A stretch of DNA of 57,573 nucleotides, filler included, from Catajapyx aquilonaris (GCA_000934665.2; 4 parts of 4 records of this genome joined end to end with filler, not necessarily neighbours in it), one strand, 5' to 3'. Positions 1 to 13,321 are shown, numbered from the whole stretch's first letter. Notes: a model not told the origin generated them from the letters alone. Translations and numbers: made by a program.

Positions 1-50
1 GGGGGGGGTTGAAACATTAATACAGAATAGTTCCTCCCCCAAATTCCTCT

Positions 51-65
51 CTGGATCCGCCCCTG
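51..65. mobile_element. Terminal inverted-repeat end of a DNA transposon/MITE (rest lies left of the window)
   Basis: CTGGATCCGCCCCTG is the reverse complement of CAGGGGCGGATCCAG, a common MITE terminus; only one end is visible. Confidence 0.4.
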
Positions 66-152
66 GTATAAGTGATCAATCACAACTTGCTACTTGCAAC
101 CACAGTGTGTTGGTGTATCTGTGGGGATTTCGGGTGACTGCATCATTACTGG

Positions 153-319
153 CCATCATTTGTGCCACAGGACAAGTATTGTTATTGTGGATTTGTCAAT
201 CTGTATCTTATTAATAATTGTAGGCCTTGATTGGCAGGCATTGCACTATGACCTCTAAATGATAAGATACAATTGGCCAAGGCACAATAACAATCCTTGG
301 CCTGTGGCACAAATGATGG
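153..319. mobile_element. Small MITE-like inverted repeat
   Basis: ccatcatttgtgccacaggacaagtattgttattgtg (153-189) pairs with cacaataacaatccttggcctgtggcacaaatgatgg (283-319) with 2 mismatches. Confidence 0.6.
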
Positions 320-419
320 ATAGTAATGGTACGAACACAAACCCACAATAGGCACCCAGCTTGCTTAACTTGTATGTAACTAAAATCATCAGGAAATGCA
401 CTTAAGCATGCCTGGCAGG

Positions 420-1640
420 GCCACAAGATAAAAAGTAACGGTGCAAGTGTCCCAAAACCCCATAGGTACACCAACCGAAATTGCAGTTTCAAGGAGAAAG
501 CCATTACTGCGAAGTCTTTCATTTTTCAAGGGGGAAATCATTCTCTAATGTACAGATGTATCACTCTGCTACTATCCCATCACCATTGCAATGGCCAACT
601 TATGGGTGCTACCAAGTGTTACAGAAAGGCCTGTGGACACAGGAATCCTAAAATTCAACTGTACTGGCACTTTCGGCCACAGCATGGCTTTTTCATCCAG
701 GCTTAGGAGTTAGGACTACATAACACATTTTGTACACATTTATTGTAACACATTTGTTTTCCTAGTAAAATGCTTGGATTTTCAGTAATCATGTGTAAGC
801 AATAGCATATCTTTACCCTTGATGGTGCCCTTGATGCATTCACAACAGGCTTCCCCATGGCTCTACTGTAGTAATACATTTTTTGTAGGTGTGACACTAC
901 TTTACTGCGTGGCCTGACCAGTCACCAGAAGAGTCATTGTAATGGTCATATGAGACGGCTAGGCACAAACTAGTAGTCGCTGGCTACCCCATTTGTGGGA
1001 TTATGCCAGATGTTACGTTATGTGACACTACTTTGCAAATGACATGCATATTGACTAAGAAACTGTAAACATCTGACACATAATTGTACCCACCAGAAAT
1101 CTGCTACTGCTGGTACCCTGATCTACAGCTCCAACCAGAGGTCCAAACTTCCCACACGCTCCAGCTGCCTCCTGAATACCCTGAGACGGCATCATTTTTT
1201 AAGTACTTGTGCCTGAAAAATGGTAATGTGTCACCAACACGTGTTCACCAAGACAATCACACGTAGCATCCACAACTATAACACTGCTACCTGGCCGACT
1301 TATGTAAGTACAAATTACATAATCATTCTATCAACTCCAACATAACTTGCCACTAGGTATCCAAAGAGATATCTACCAGATGATACCAATGGGTTCACTC
1401 AGGTCACACTTACTGCCCAGTTGGCACTATGCTGCCAGGACAGGCTATAGCATTGCATAACTATGAGTATCTATGAACACACCTGTCTGTATGGTCCACG
1501 TTACATTGTGCAAGTAGGGCAGAAGAACCACAGTATCAAAAATGAAGAACACCAGACATCTTCCTCACTGAACAGACTCGTACTGCACCGCACAGCTACC
1601 AGATTACTAGAAATACTTGTATTGAACTGTATTTCACATT
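420..1640 (-). mobile_element. Highly degenerate Ty3/Gypsy pol remnant (RNase H, zinc-binding, integrase core)
   Basis: Broken minus-strand frames give, in pol order, SALLAQ..VFIDTHSYA (RNase H-like), FVPSRL..SGHA..LQKMYYY (H2C2-like) and TGLSVT..AIAMV..TYGV (integrase core-like), with many stops and frameshifts. Boundaries approximate. Confidence 0.4.
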
Positions 1641-2363
1641 TGCAATAGTTTTTTTAAAATAGTGTTAAATGACGAATTATCATCCGTATATTATAAATTA
1701 CCATGTACCTACGGATCACGCTACTGATAAATACCGCCATTTTCAGCCAGTTTTTTTACGATGCGTATTTTACCGTATTTGTACTGGCAACTCTGGGACA
1801 CACCTACTAGATATGATCCAGTGGTTACGTCTGGAGAGAGACGGGGGAGGAGTCAGGAGGGAGGCCAAAGTGGTGGGAGCATGAGGGGAGTTCGAATTTG
1901 AATGCCTGGCGCGCCAACGTGAGCTAGTAATGACACCATTATCCATTCAAAACTACCTCAAAATTGTGCTCGAACCGTCTGGGACGGAGCTGGCCCTGGC
2001 ACTACCTGTGCACTACTGAGCAAGTGAGCAGTGCAGCCGGCGCGGTGCCCTCCCCTACATAATCCAGATCAGATCCAGGCGCTACACACGATCAGCTATC
2101 TTCCCGCATATGACCTTGGTGCGCTGTTCCTACGCACGCGCAGTGTATGGTCACGTGTTCGGCGCATGTGTCACATGGAGGAATATTCCTTGAATATCTG
2201 ACTAATCTGAGACCTCACGGACGGACGGAAGTTGGAAAGAGTCACCGGCTGCTCGGATCGCAAGTGGTCGCCGGGTAGGAAGTTTGTGGTCTAGGGTTGG
2301 GCCGGCTGTTTCTGATCGTCTCAAGAGCCCTGGTGCAGCCCCTGAGGCTGTCGTGCAATAGCC

Positions 2364-5300
2364 ATGGATAGTCAGGGGCGGAAAGTGATTGTTTGCGATA
2401 ATGGGACTGGGGTGAGTACATGTGCCCCACCCCTCCACCTTGACAGGGTTCTTATTGCTGGTCTTTTGCAGTTTGTCAAGTGTGGCTATGCTGGTTCCAA
2501 CTTCCCGGAGCACATTTTCCCATCAATGGTGGGTCGGCCTATTATCAGAGCAGCCAACAAGATTGGTGACATTGAAGTCAAGGTGTGTTGGTTGTGCAGG
2601 TGCACTTGCTTAATTTTACCATGCCATGCATGCTTGCTGATGCGGTTGGTAGCTGCCAGCCTATGGCCAGAAGTATTAGCATAGTCCTGGCCCTTTGGAT
2701 GTACTACTTGGCTACTCAATGCGCTTCGTGTCAAACATCACGTTTGCTTGCTGTAAGAAAATCTTGATCGTAATAATTGGGTGTGTCTATGTACACTCTT
2801 TCAGGAAGTTTCAGCCTATTAGCCACAAGTTGAAGGACCATTAGCGTTGGTGACATGACCTACTCTAGCTTGACTGTTAGTCTGATCATTAATGTGTAAT
2901 TTTTACTCTGTTGTGAAGCTGTTCTCATTAGTTTAATATACATATGCCTCATCCAGGTGATAAAATTTAATTGGACAGATTGAAAGCTGATATTTTATTG
3001 GCTGACAGGAAATACAAATCTGGGTAGCCATAATCTATCAATAATTCAGTGTTGATTCATGGATGAAGCAGTGGCCTTTACTAATCTCATAGGAAGCACT
3101 CAATGAGGTAGTGAAATATGAAATAGGAAGGGCATAGAAAGTACATAGATGCATCATGTTAATGGTTTTATGAAGTATTAGACAGGAGTTCCATGACATT
3201 AGTCAGCATCATACAGTCTCTGGCAGTCAACTCATGCCTGATCAGTGCACCTCCAAGGCCTAGCAGCAAGGCATGCCAATTAATAACTTATTTTTACATG
3301 CAGGGTATGCAGGGTATTTCTTACTAGTGGGACATTCTTCCAGCAGGTTGGAAAATGTTGAGAAATGTTCAGTCACAAACTGGTAATGACTGAGATGACA
3401 AGAAACATTTGCCTCCCCCTCAGTGGGCACCCACTCACAGTGCAATTGTCAGCAGTCATAATGATCTGAGGAGATTCAGTGACTGCTTAGGTAGCAATTG
3501 GATAATTAAGCCTACAGATATGATTTCTGCAAATGAGGTGACCATTTTTTCGCAGTCACCTTCTGCACAGCCCATCAGCATCATGCTCATATGCAGCTCC
3601 TTAGGCCACCACTGAATGTGCATGGGTGAACCTTCCTGTTGATATCTGCATTGATTGTTGCTGACTGCATCTAGGGGCAAGCAAAAGTTTGACCTCGATA
3701 TGTTGCTACTGGTTGTTCCCTGAATATTTCTCACTCCTATGGTTCAATTAAAAAATTTTTGCCCAACAAGACAATGTATGTATATCTCAAATCTCCTGCT
3801 TCCTGACATGAGATTGCCCAAATTGCCAACCTGTGCAATGCCACTCTGCACTTGGCCCGTAAACACATGTGAACACAATAAACAGCAAATTTTTTGTTAC
3901 AAGGGAGTAATTTTAGCACATGTTTACATAAAGCTCATAAGGCGCATTCACACAGGCCGTCGACGAGAACTAAAACCAAAACTGTCGACGGCCTGTGTGA
4001 ATGGGCCTATATGGACTCAAAATAATTTTTGTTATGAAGAATTTTTTTGCTACCTGGAGGTTTTTTACAAAGCGAGTACACTAAAGAATTTCTGATGTCA
4101 AAAATTTATATTTTANCTAAAGAATTTCTGATGTCAAAAATTTATATTTTAAATTAAACACTTGGCCCAGGTAGTGGGCACCTGCCATTTTACACCTCTA
4201 CATATTCTGCAATTCAGCAATTCCTGCTTATGCTTCATGCCGTTTCATTGACTGTTGTATGAGCCCCCTCTGTAAAGAAACAAGTCAAATACAGTAGAAT
4301 CCCATTTATCCGACCATCCCGCTCCAGCAATAAATGTATATTCTCTCAAATAATGTAATGCAGGCCTACTAAGCATTTGTTTTGTATTGCCTTCATTAAA
4401 TTTGAAACAGCAGAGTGTGTACGGTGTTGCACATTAATCAAGGCATGCTGCTAGCGACATTTTCCGAAGTGGCAGAAGAAGGAATCAAAGATAAGGATAG
4501 TGCAAGCCAGGCGAGCAAGATTCCTTCTTCTGCTGCTTCGGAAAATGTCGCTAGCAGCACGCTCGATTAATGTCCAACACTGTACATAAAAGATCAATAT
4601 TTCTCTATTTCTTAGAAATGCGTAATATTGTCCATTATTTCATCATTTTTATGTTTTCCTTTGCTCCTCAAATTATCTGACCTTTTCTGTTATCTGACAA
4701 TTCCCCAGTCCCATGTGTGACGGATAATCAGGGTTCTGCTGTAAATGATTATAGAGCCATTGGTAGCAATTAATTCTGAATAAAAGGCAGACAGATTGAA
4801 CAAGTATGATGTGACAGTAGTGACCAAGGTTACAAAATAATTACGCAGTCTTTGTGCTAATACTTGAATATGCCTTTCTACTAAATTTGCTCATTTCCTT
4901 GGTGCTTCTCAGGAGCATGCCAATGTGCCGGTAAGTAATGAAAGAGAGTGCTTGTGGTATTAACACAATCAATTTGTGTGTAGTGAGCAGAGATTCGATC
5001 ATTTGTGTTCCTATTATTTTATTATGGTTCAAGTCTTCTATATTGTGTAACTAGCTCCCTGTTTCTTCCTCTTCTGCTATTTGTGCATGAAACTTGACTG
5101 AACTGTCAAGTAATTCTCATGTACATCAAGGTCATATGTGACATTATACATTCCCTCTCCTCAGGACCTTATGATAGGAGATGAAGCCAGTAAGTTACGC
5201 TCCATGTTGGAAGTTAACTATCCTATGGAAAATGGAATTGTCAGGTGAGTGCCCCAAAATATGGCAAAGTGGAGTTAGTTACAATTCATACCCTAGTTGA

Positions 5301-8300
5301 AGATCTTTTATTTGAGGGATGACTATGGCATTCCTGGTCATGTGACCTTAATTGACCAAGGAAGAGCGGCATTGCCATTCCTCAAATATTAATAATAATA
5401 ACTTTCATTATAATTAGTGTCATGAGGGTTGTCATGAATACCCAAACCATTTTGCATGTCCATCCTTTCTGAGAATTTTCAATTTATTTGGGTGGCATTA
5501 TTTAGGAACTGGGAAGATATGTGCCATATCTGGGACTACACATTTGGAGCTGACAAGATGAATGTCAACCCTCGTGATTGCAAAATAATGCTGACTGAGC
5601 CACCCATGAATCCCACAAAGAATAGAGAAAAAATGATTGAGGTGAGTTGAGGGGTTGAGGTCCTGTGGGAATGTGTGGCACATGGTCTCCTGCTACTTTT
5701 GGCAACAGAGCAGATCCTAACTAAAGCGTGATTCTAATGTATTTAGAAGAACAGTACCAAATATCTATTGCAGGGTGTCACGTAGCATCTGTGTGTTTAT
5801 CTTGCAGGTGATGTTTGAAAAGTACCGGTTCTCAGGGGCTTACATTGCCATACAAGCCGTCCTGACTCTCTATGCTCAAGGACTGATGACAGGAGTCGTG
5901 GTGGACTCTGGAGATGGAGTCACTCACATCTGTCCTGTGTATGAAGGATTTGCTCTCTCACATCTCACAAGAAGACTAGATATTGCTGGACGGGATATTA
6001 CAAGATATTTGATAAAGGTGATGTTTTTATTGTTTATGCCTGTAACTTTGTTTAAACCTATTGTATAATTCTTTAGTTGCTCCTGCTCCGTGGATATGCC
6101 TTCAATCATTCCGCTGATTTTGAGACTGTCAGAATGATGAAGGAGAAACTATGTTACATTGGATATAACATTGAAACTGAGCAGAAGCTTGCTCTGGAAA
6201 CAACCGTTCTGGTGGAGCCATACACAGTGAGTCTTGATGTTGGTTCAAGCCTTGATTCATTAAGCTAACATCCATGTTTCACACTGTCAGTTACCGGATG
6301 GAAGAGTCATCAAGGTTGGAGGAGAGCGTTTTGAGGCACCTGAGGCCCTTTTTCAGCCTCACCTGATAAATGTGGAAGGGCAAGGTCAGTAAGCACTCAA
6401 ATCAACCAGGCAGGAATTTCATTATATGCACATGCATGGCCATCAATTCCTCCTCCTAGAATCCAGCTAGTATAAACTGATCTAGGCACAATAATACCTT
6501 ACCCAAATCCCATAGTCTACTACCCCAAAAAGTGGAGTGGTGGGGTAGTAAACAAAATGTGATAAAAAAATCTCCGTTAAGATTATCTGGACTCTAGGAC
6601 TGATAATTATTAATCGTAACAATGGAGCTAGGATGGCATCAAAGTTAAAGTTAATTTGACAGTTAACAACTGAAACGAATATGATTACACTTTGAACAGT
6701 GAATTTCTGTGGGGATCTGGTAATAATTGCTGTCACTACGTTAATTTGTTACGTAGGAGGACATTAATTTTAATGATGAACCTGAGGGGCCACGCAAACC
6801 CAAAGACTGCATTGAAATTAATTCTAAAAAATTGTCACAGAATTTTAACATGTTTTTCATGACTTGCAGATGTGAAATGAGTGGCTGAGAAGCAGAGTGG
6901 TTCATGTCGAAAAAGATAGTTTTGAGATAAACTCATGCAAAGTTCTAGGCTTGCCTTTGCAGCCATGGTAAAAGTAAGTCACATTAACTTAATAATTTGA
7001 TAGCAAATATTACAAACGTCTTTAGGCCAAGTTACAAAACAGAGTTGGGCATGGGGAATGCCATGCAAGCGACAACTCAAAATTGCCGAATTTCGACATG
7101 AACCACTCTGCTTCTCAGCCACTCAAATTATCTGCACATTTTTGAATGAAGGGATATTTAAAGCCATTTCACATGAATTTAATTGAAATTTTTTATCATA
7201 GCACATTGGACTGAGGTCTAAATACACAATGTCATCACAATAATTAAAATTTATTAATAAATAACAAGGTTAAATGTATAGTTCAGCAAAGGGTAGCAAT
7301 TTCTGAAAACGTACACGAGATATAAACATTTTAAATTCAGTGACAAATTTTTTGTAATTAATTTCAATGCAGTCTTGGGGTTTGTCTGGCCCCTCAGGTT
7401 CATCATTAAAATTAATGTCCTGCTACGTAACAAATTAATGTAGTGACAGCAATTATTACCAGACCCCACAGAAATTCACTGTCCAAAGTGTAATCATATT
7501 CGTTTCAGTTGTTAACTGTCAAATTAACTTTAACTTTGGTGCCATCCTAGCTCCATTGTTATGATTAATAATTATCAGTTCTAAAGTCCAGATAATCTTA
7601 ACAGATTTTTTATCACATTTTCTTTACTATCCCATCCCTCCACTTTTTTGGGGCGCACATAGACTACAGGATTTGGGTAAGGTAGGATGCATGGAGAACA
7701 AGTTGGTGTCTTGCAAGAGCTTCATGTATTTGGTAGATTACAGTGATCTGCATTTTTTGACTTTTTTTCTGTTGTTTTGAAATAAGCAGGTGTATCCGAA
7801 CGGATTTTCTCTGCAGATTACAAAAATGACATTGAAAATCTACTACTACGTCCAGTTTTCGTGTTACATGATATGTCATAAATTCGCGTGGTTATGTCCA
7901 CATGCCCAGCACGTGACGTGGATGGAGTTGACCTACAGCAAAGTCCTTGCACCACATTGTTGTGACACTCATCCTTGTTACAACCACCAAGTTTCATTCC
8001 AATTATTGCATCATTCCACTGGGAGTTATGCACCTCAGAAGGTGTAAAAGTGTGGGTCGGAGGTGCATATCGGTGAACTTGCGGGCACCAAATAAAATCA
8101 TAAAATCATGTCATTAATCAAGATAACATTAATTGTGATATTGTACAAAGAGTAGGTGGCGATGCTCTGTCATACGCCATCATCAAATAAAGTGCACGGC
8201 AATTCAAGATGGATCAGGAGCGTCTGGAAGAGACCCCACCAATGCACAAAAGGCAATTTACCGGGAAGGCGCAAAGTATGGAACACTACGCATTTTGTGC

Positions 8301-9543
8301 ATGGGTGGGGTTCTCTTCTAAACGCTCCTGATCCATCTTGAATTGTAGTGCACTTTATTTGATGATGGCATATGATAGAGCATCGCCACCTACTCTTCGC
8401 ACAATATCACAATTAATGTTATCTCGCTTAATTACATAATTATGATTTTATTTGATTCCCGCAAGTTCACCAATATGCACCTCCGACCCACACTTTTACG
8501 CCTTCTGAGGTGCATAACTCCCAGTGGAATGATGCAATCGGAATCAAACTTGGTGGTAGTAACAAGGATGAGTGTCACAACAATGTGGTGTAAGGACGTT
8601 GCTGTAGGTCAACTCCTCCACGTCACACGCTGGACATGTGGACATACCCACGTGAATTTATGACACACCCTGTAACTCGAAAACTGGACGTAGTAGTAGA
8701 TTTTCAATGTCATTTTCGTAATCTGCAGAGAAAATCCGTTCAGATAGGCATTTCCATTTCAAAACAACAAACCTTGCGTATTAGTGTTATAGACTAGCCC
8801 AATTGGGTTCCGTATAGTCCAACCTAGTTTTTACCAGAACTGTGACAGAAAATCCTTTTTAATGAACTTAACTGGCTCCATAAAATATTACAGAGAGAGG
8901 GAGAGGTAGGGGGGGCGAGAGAGCACATTATATTAGGACAACAAAACTGTCCTCAAAGTTGATGAGGCAGATCCAAATTGCAAAGTCACATGAGACAGCT
9001 AACTGTAAGCTGACAGAGGAAAGTACTTGACAAATTCAGGATTAATTGGTGATTTGGTATTCTGGGAGCGTGTTGTGAAAGTTTTACTAAGGAAATTTGT
9101 AACACTTGCTTTTTGATGCTTATAGGAATAGCTGAGTTGCTATTCAGTACCATCCAAGTGGCAGATATTGACATTCGCCCAGAGCTGTATAAGCATATTG
9201 TCTTGTCTGGAGGCTCCACCATGTATCCTGGTCTTCCAAGTAGACTGGAGCGTGAAATCAAGCAGCTCTACCTGGAACGTGTGCTGCGTGGTGACACCGA
9301 AAAGCTCTTGGTATGTCAAGCCATGGAAAAGCACCTTACCCTGTTGAAACACACCATTACTTTCTCCTGCAGAAATTCAAGATTCGCATTGAGGATCCTC
9401 CTCGACGCAAAGACATGGTTTTTATTGGAGGTGCTGTCCTAGCAGAAGTCATGAAGAATAGAGATTCTTTCTGGCTGTCTCGTGAAGAATATGAGGAAAA
9501 AGGAGTAGGTGTACTGGAAAAGCTGGGTGTACGTGCCAGCTGA
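2364..9543 (+). CDS. Arp2: Actin-related protein 2 (Arp2/3 complex subunit), 9 exons, 394 aa
   Basis: GT-AG exons 2364-2411, 2472-2582, 5165-5244, 5506-5641, 5808-6017, 6077-6226, 6291-6384, 9126-9310, 9373-9543 total 1185 nt with no internal stop. Translation [39 protein letters not shown]...[24 protein letters not shown]...[19 protein letters not shown] is diagnostic for Arp2. Confidence 0.98.
3941..4007. mobile_element. 67-bp PIF/Harbinger-like mini-MITE in Arp2 intron 2
   Basis: Perfect 20-bp arms cattcacacaggccgtcgac / gtcgacggcctgtgtgaatg, GGC..GCC termini, TAA/TAT flanks. Confidence 0.65.
4292..4741. mobile_element. Tc1/mariner(pogo)-type MITE with a second nested MITE (~4421-4582)
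   Basis: TA|CAGTAGAATCCC...GGGTTCTGCTG|TA termini. Inner palindrome TA|CGGTGTTGCACATTAATC...GATTAATGTCCAACACTG|TA with ~65-bp arms. Confidence 0.7.
6497..7682. mobile_element. Foldback element with ~360-bp terminal inverted repeats in Arp2 intron 7
   Basis: TA|CCTTACCCAAATCC...GGATTTGGGTAAGG|TA; ~6497-6857 is the reverse complement of ~7323-7682 at high identity. Confidence 0.85.
6879..7124. mobile_element. Sola2-like MITE nested in the foldback
   Basis: Perfect 34-bp TIR GAGTGGCTGAGAAGCAGAGTGGTTCATGTCGAAA, GAG..CTC termini, 4-bp AAAT duplication on both sides. Confidence 0.75.
7771..8768. mobile_element. ~1-kb palindromic foldback element in Arp2 intron 7
   Basis: ~480-bp arms (gttgttttgaaat...atgcacaaaa / ttttgtgcat...atttcaaaacaac) around a ~40-nt spacer near 8251-8292. 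Confidence 0.85.
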
Positions 9544-10739
9544 AGAGCATGGCTAGAAGCAGTGTGTCAAGATGCCACTACACAAAAGGGGTAACCAATA
9601 AAACATCTGCATCAGGAAAACATCCATTGCATTCATTCCAGTTAAGAAATGGTATAAATATTCCTGCAGCAATCCAGAATTATGCAGTTGTAAAAAATAA
9701 TCACAATAATTATTATACACTTGTGCAATTAAGGCACGTCTGTTGTAAAGGATAATGGTACAATTGTTTTATCTCATCAAAACTTGTGCACAGCATCAGT
9801 GATGTTCAGTACCAACAAATAACCCCTGTAACTTACATCTTGGTTTAGTATTAATGGAAAATAAATGGGTTTCATATCATTAACCTTTGAATTATTTACA
9901 AAATAATACTTAATCATACCTGTTCTTATGGTAAAATTGGCAGTTGCCTACCGTAATTGAATTCAGGGTTTCTTGGTGTGCATTAATACGTAGTGCATGA
10001 GGACGGTATACTTGGTGCTATCACAAAGCATTGCTTTGATGCCACTCCCATACCACAAATACTAAACAAATGCCTGGCTGACAATTTCAGGAGGGGAATG
10101 GAATGTTTTCAGTTGTAGACTGGTGGTGACTAATAAGATGAATGTGGAATTGGCAAGTACAGGCACTTATAGAGGTGGGTACAAATCCCCAGCCTGTTCA
10201 AATTCTCCATCTGTTCAGGCGGTGACCAGTGTGTCACAGCACCAGGAGACAAGCTGGGGTGGGGGAGTTCACTTCTGCAGGGCCAGGATGGTCAGTGCTC
10301 GAAATTCCCCCACACGTATACCATTACCAAGCTCAGGCTCCGTTACTGTAACTTGCGTGGCTGCAGCCAGACATGAGTCACTCAGGCTGCACTTGCCAAT
10401 AGAGAAACTTGAAATATGGTCAGTCACAAGTTCATTACAATGGTTTCATATATGCAAAGGAAAGACATGAATGTAAACTGTTTAATATCAAGCTAGTTAC
10501 TTTGACGAAGGGTCAGTATGATTTTGTGCAAATAATGCCTGGAATATGATGGATAAGGGCTGGTTGTCTGATCAATGGTAAATCCAAAACAAGTGCCAAA
10601 TTTTCCTGCATAGAAGGCATGCTGGTAAAGTGAGGGGTGACTGGCTATTTAAAAAATCCTATTTGGTGGCTATACCAGCAGCTTGTATAGAGAGGAGTAT
10701 GCCAGTCGAGTTTGTGGATATTTTAGCTAGCCTACTATA

Positions 10740-11163
10740 CAGGGTGTATCTGAACTCAGTGCCCCGACGTATATGACTGCCTTCCTAGCCACCAGAGGAT
10801 CGATTTAAGTATAGGAGTCATATGTCTGGGCAGCCTCATTACTGAGATACACTCTTTAGCGATTTTTGCCTAATCGCTCCTTCTGACTTTTAAATAGAAT
10901 TTTCTGGTGTAACTAGCCAAAGAGGCCTTACCACCTGTGGGCAACAAACCAACAAAGTCCGGCCCCCAGACCTTCCAGAGCCTTCTGACTGGGGGAGGGT
11001 TCGATGGGTGGCCTAACCGACAGGATATTTTGTACTACATGTTTGCGGCCAATTATCTCCGTAATGCGGCGGCCAAACATAATGATTCCTATACTTAAAT
11101 CGATCCTCTGGTGGCTAGGAAGGCAGTCATATACGTCGGGGCACTGAGTTCAGATACACCCTG
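10740..11163. mobile_element. Tc1/mariner-type MITE
   Basis: Near-perfect ~80-bp TIR CAGGGTGTATCTGAACTCAGTGCCCCGACG..., TA on the left and CA on the right. Confidence 0.85.
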
Positions 11164-12449
11164 CATAAAGGGACATAATTATAGTGATAAGGGCCAGTTG
11201 ATTAATGCAAGTAATTCTAGCATTTTGGCATTCATACATTTCCTCAGGATTCCAATAAAATCTCACACGAACATTAATGTCCTAATTTCACCAATTCCTT
11301 GAAAAAATCATATCTCCCCCTCCCAATACCTCCACATTTACATGTACTGAATGTTTTACAGCTGTACTTCCATTTGGATTTACCAAGACTGCCCCAGAAA
11401 TTGTAGACCTTGCCTTGCACAACATTTGGAATTATTCTGGGCAAAAACCAGAGAGAGAAGGGAAAAAAGTTCAGGTGGCACTGCTTGAGAAAAATAGCCC
11501 ATACTAGTATGCCACTCTATGCACAAAAATGCAATGGTTGACACATGTTATTCACATACGATTAATCACTTGTTCTGGATTTACGACCAATAGCTAATGA
11601 TTGTTTCCGTAATTGGTGGTAAATCCAGAACAAGTGGTTGATCAGTGTTATGCACAGAAGACTAGCCCTTTATCTCCAGGGGCCATGTTGGTTGTATGAT
11701 CATACAACCACACATGATTTAAAAAAAAACACACAAATTGAAATTTCTTTGACCATAGTCTTAAGAAATGGTTTACATGTTCAAGAGTATTTCCGCCACT
11801 CCCATGATATTTTTAATCGCATGACGTCATTGTCCAGTGCATAGCATATGAGGCGGTAGATGGCTTCTTACATGATGCAACAAAAGTTGGTAGGTCTTGG
11901 ACGCTTCAGCCCCATCTTGTGCATGAATCGAGAGCGAAACCAATGGTGCCAGATCCAGTGATTTTCACCTAGGGCACTATTTTTAAACCCCCACCCAAAA
12001 AGTCCAGCATCTAGCGGGAAGGAAAGGGTTCTCATTTATTCTGAGTTTTCTAAGTGTGAAGTAATGATGTTTAATCAATTGTCATTCAGGAAAGATTTGC
12101 AACTCTAGTTTCGAAACCAGTGCATTAATTTAAAAAGTCTTTTAAATCTCTTGGTTCCACATTTGAAAAAATTCCATGCCTTATCATATAAGGTAGTCCC
12201 TCATTTCTGCCCCCAAAAAGGAAAGCACCGAGATGCAGGCTCACGCACTTCCTTGTAAACCTCAAATACCCAGATGAGGTTCAATTATCAGCACCACTGC
12301 TATATGTTATCAGTTGGATTATTAATCCACTGTGTATTAAATTTTCTACAGCAAGCACCATTCTTCTTAATTTTACTGCTTGTAGGCTAATTATAATTAT
12401 TGAAAAGACTTTACAACATGAAGGGCAAAGTATTTAAAACATCAGTTAA

Positions 12450-13081
12450 CCCCTTGGGCCCCAGCTATACCAGCCATTGCGTGGTTTTACACAAAATAAC
12501 AGCTATACTTACCAGATTAGGGAAAACACTATGAATGTGTTGGGAACAATTTTCCTCGCCTAGAAGTCCCTAAATTGATTTCCAAAAATGTCGCTGTAAA
12601 ACTCGAAATTCGAGTACTTCCGGCCAACTATTTGGCTGATTGAATTATGAAATACGTTAAAATACACTGAATAACCATATTGAGAATAGTGCCAGACGAA
12701 TTTGCTGAAATCGTCGTACTTAGCGAGAAATAAATGATTACTTCGTTACTTCAGATATCTCCCAAATTCATTACAACGATTTCAGCAACTTCGTCTGGCA
12801 TGGTTCTCAAGGTTAATATTCAGTATATTTTAACGTACTTCATAATTAAATCAGCCTAACTGTTGGCCGGCAGTTCTCGAATTTCGAGTTTTTTACAGCA
12901 ATCATTTTGGAAATTAATTTAGGGACTTCTAGACATGGATAATAGTTTCCAAGATATACGTTATGTTTTCCCTGATCTGGTAAGTATAGGTATTATTTTG
13001 TGTAAAATATCTTGTCCATATCTTCAGAGTACTCGTAAGTGGAAAACTAGGCGATGGCGGGTATAGCTGGGGCCCAAGGGG
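12450..13081. mobile_element. piggyBac-type MITE, almost fully palindromic
   Basis: TTAA|CCCCTTGGGCCCCAGCTATAC...GTATAGCTGGGGCCCAAGGGG|TTAA plus long internal inverted repeats. Confidence 0.9.
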
Positions 13082-13141
13082 TTAAGAGTGTGAATTTTAA
13101 GAAATGTGAATGACATGGATGTGAAAACAGACATAAATATC

Positions 13142-13321
13142 ATGTGGCATGGTGACCCCGCTGGGTCACGTGTTGGGTCGTGTTTGTATTGCCCGTGCCT
13201 CCCGCTAGGCGGCCCCCCACACGGCCACCAACTGCCACTTTCCAGGGGAGCCAACCTAGGGGAGGCGCGGGCAATACAAACACGACCCAACACGTGACCC
13301 AGCGGGGTCACCATGCCACAT
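13142..13321. mobile_element. MITE-like hairpin element
   Basis: ~62-bp near-perfect arms atgtggcatggtgaccccgctgggtcacgtgttgggtcgtgtttgtattgccc. Confidence 0.75.

Noticed and set aside
2412..2471. Stop-free in-frame introns (Arp2 intron 1; also 15442-15492, 17625-17684, 46903-47010) as retained-intron isoforms
   Set aside because: Short 3n introns lack stops often enough by chance, splice sites are canonical, and retention would mostly disrupt conserved folds.
4081..4152. 35-bp direct repeat in Arp2 intron 2
   Set aside because: Identical copies separated by a single N; typical of an unmerged contig overlap.
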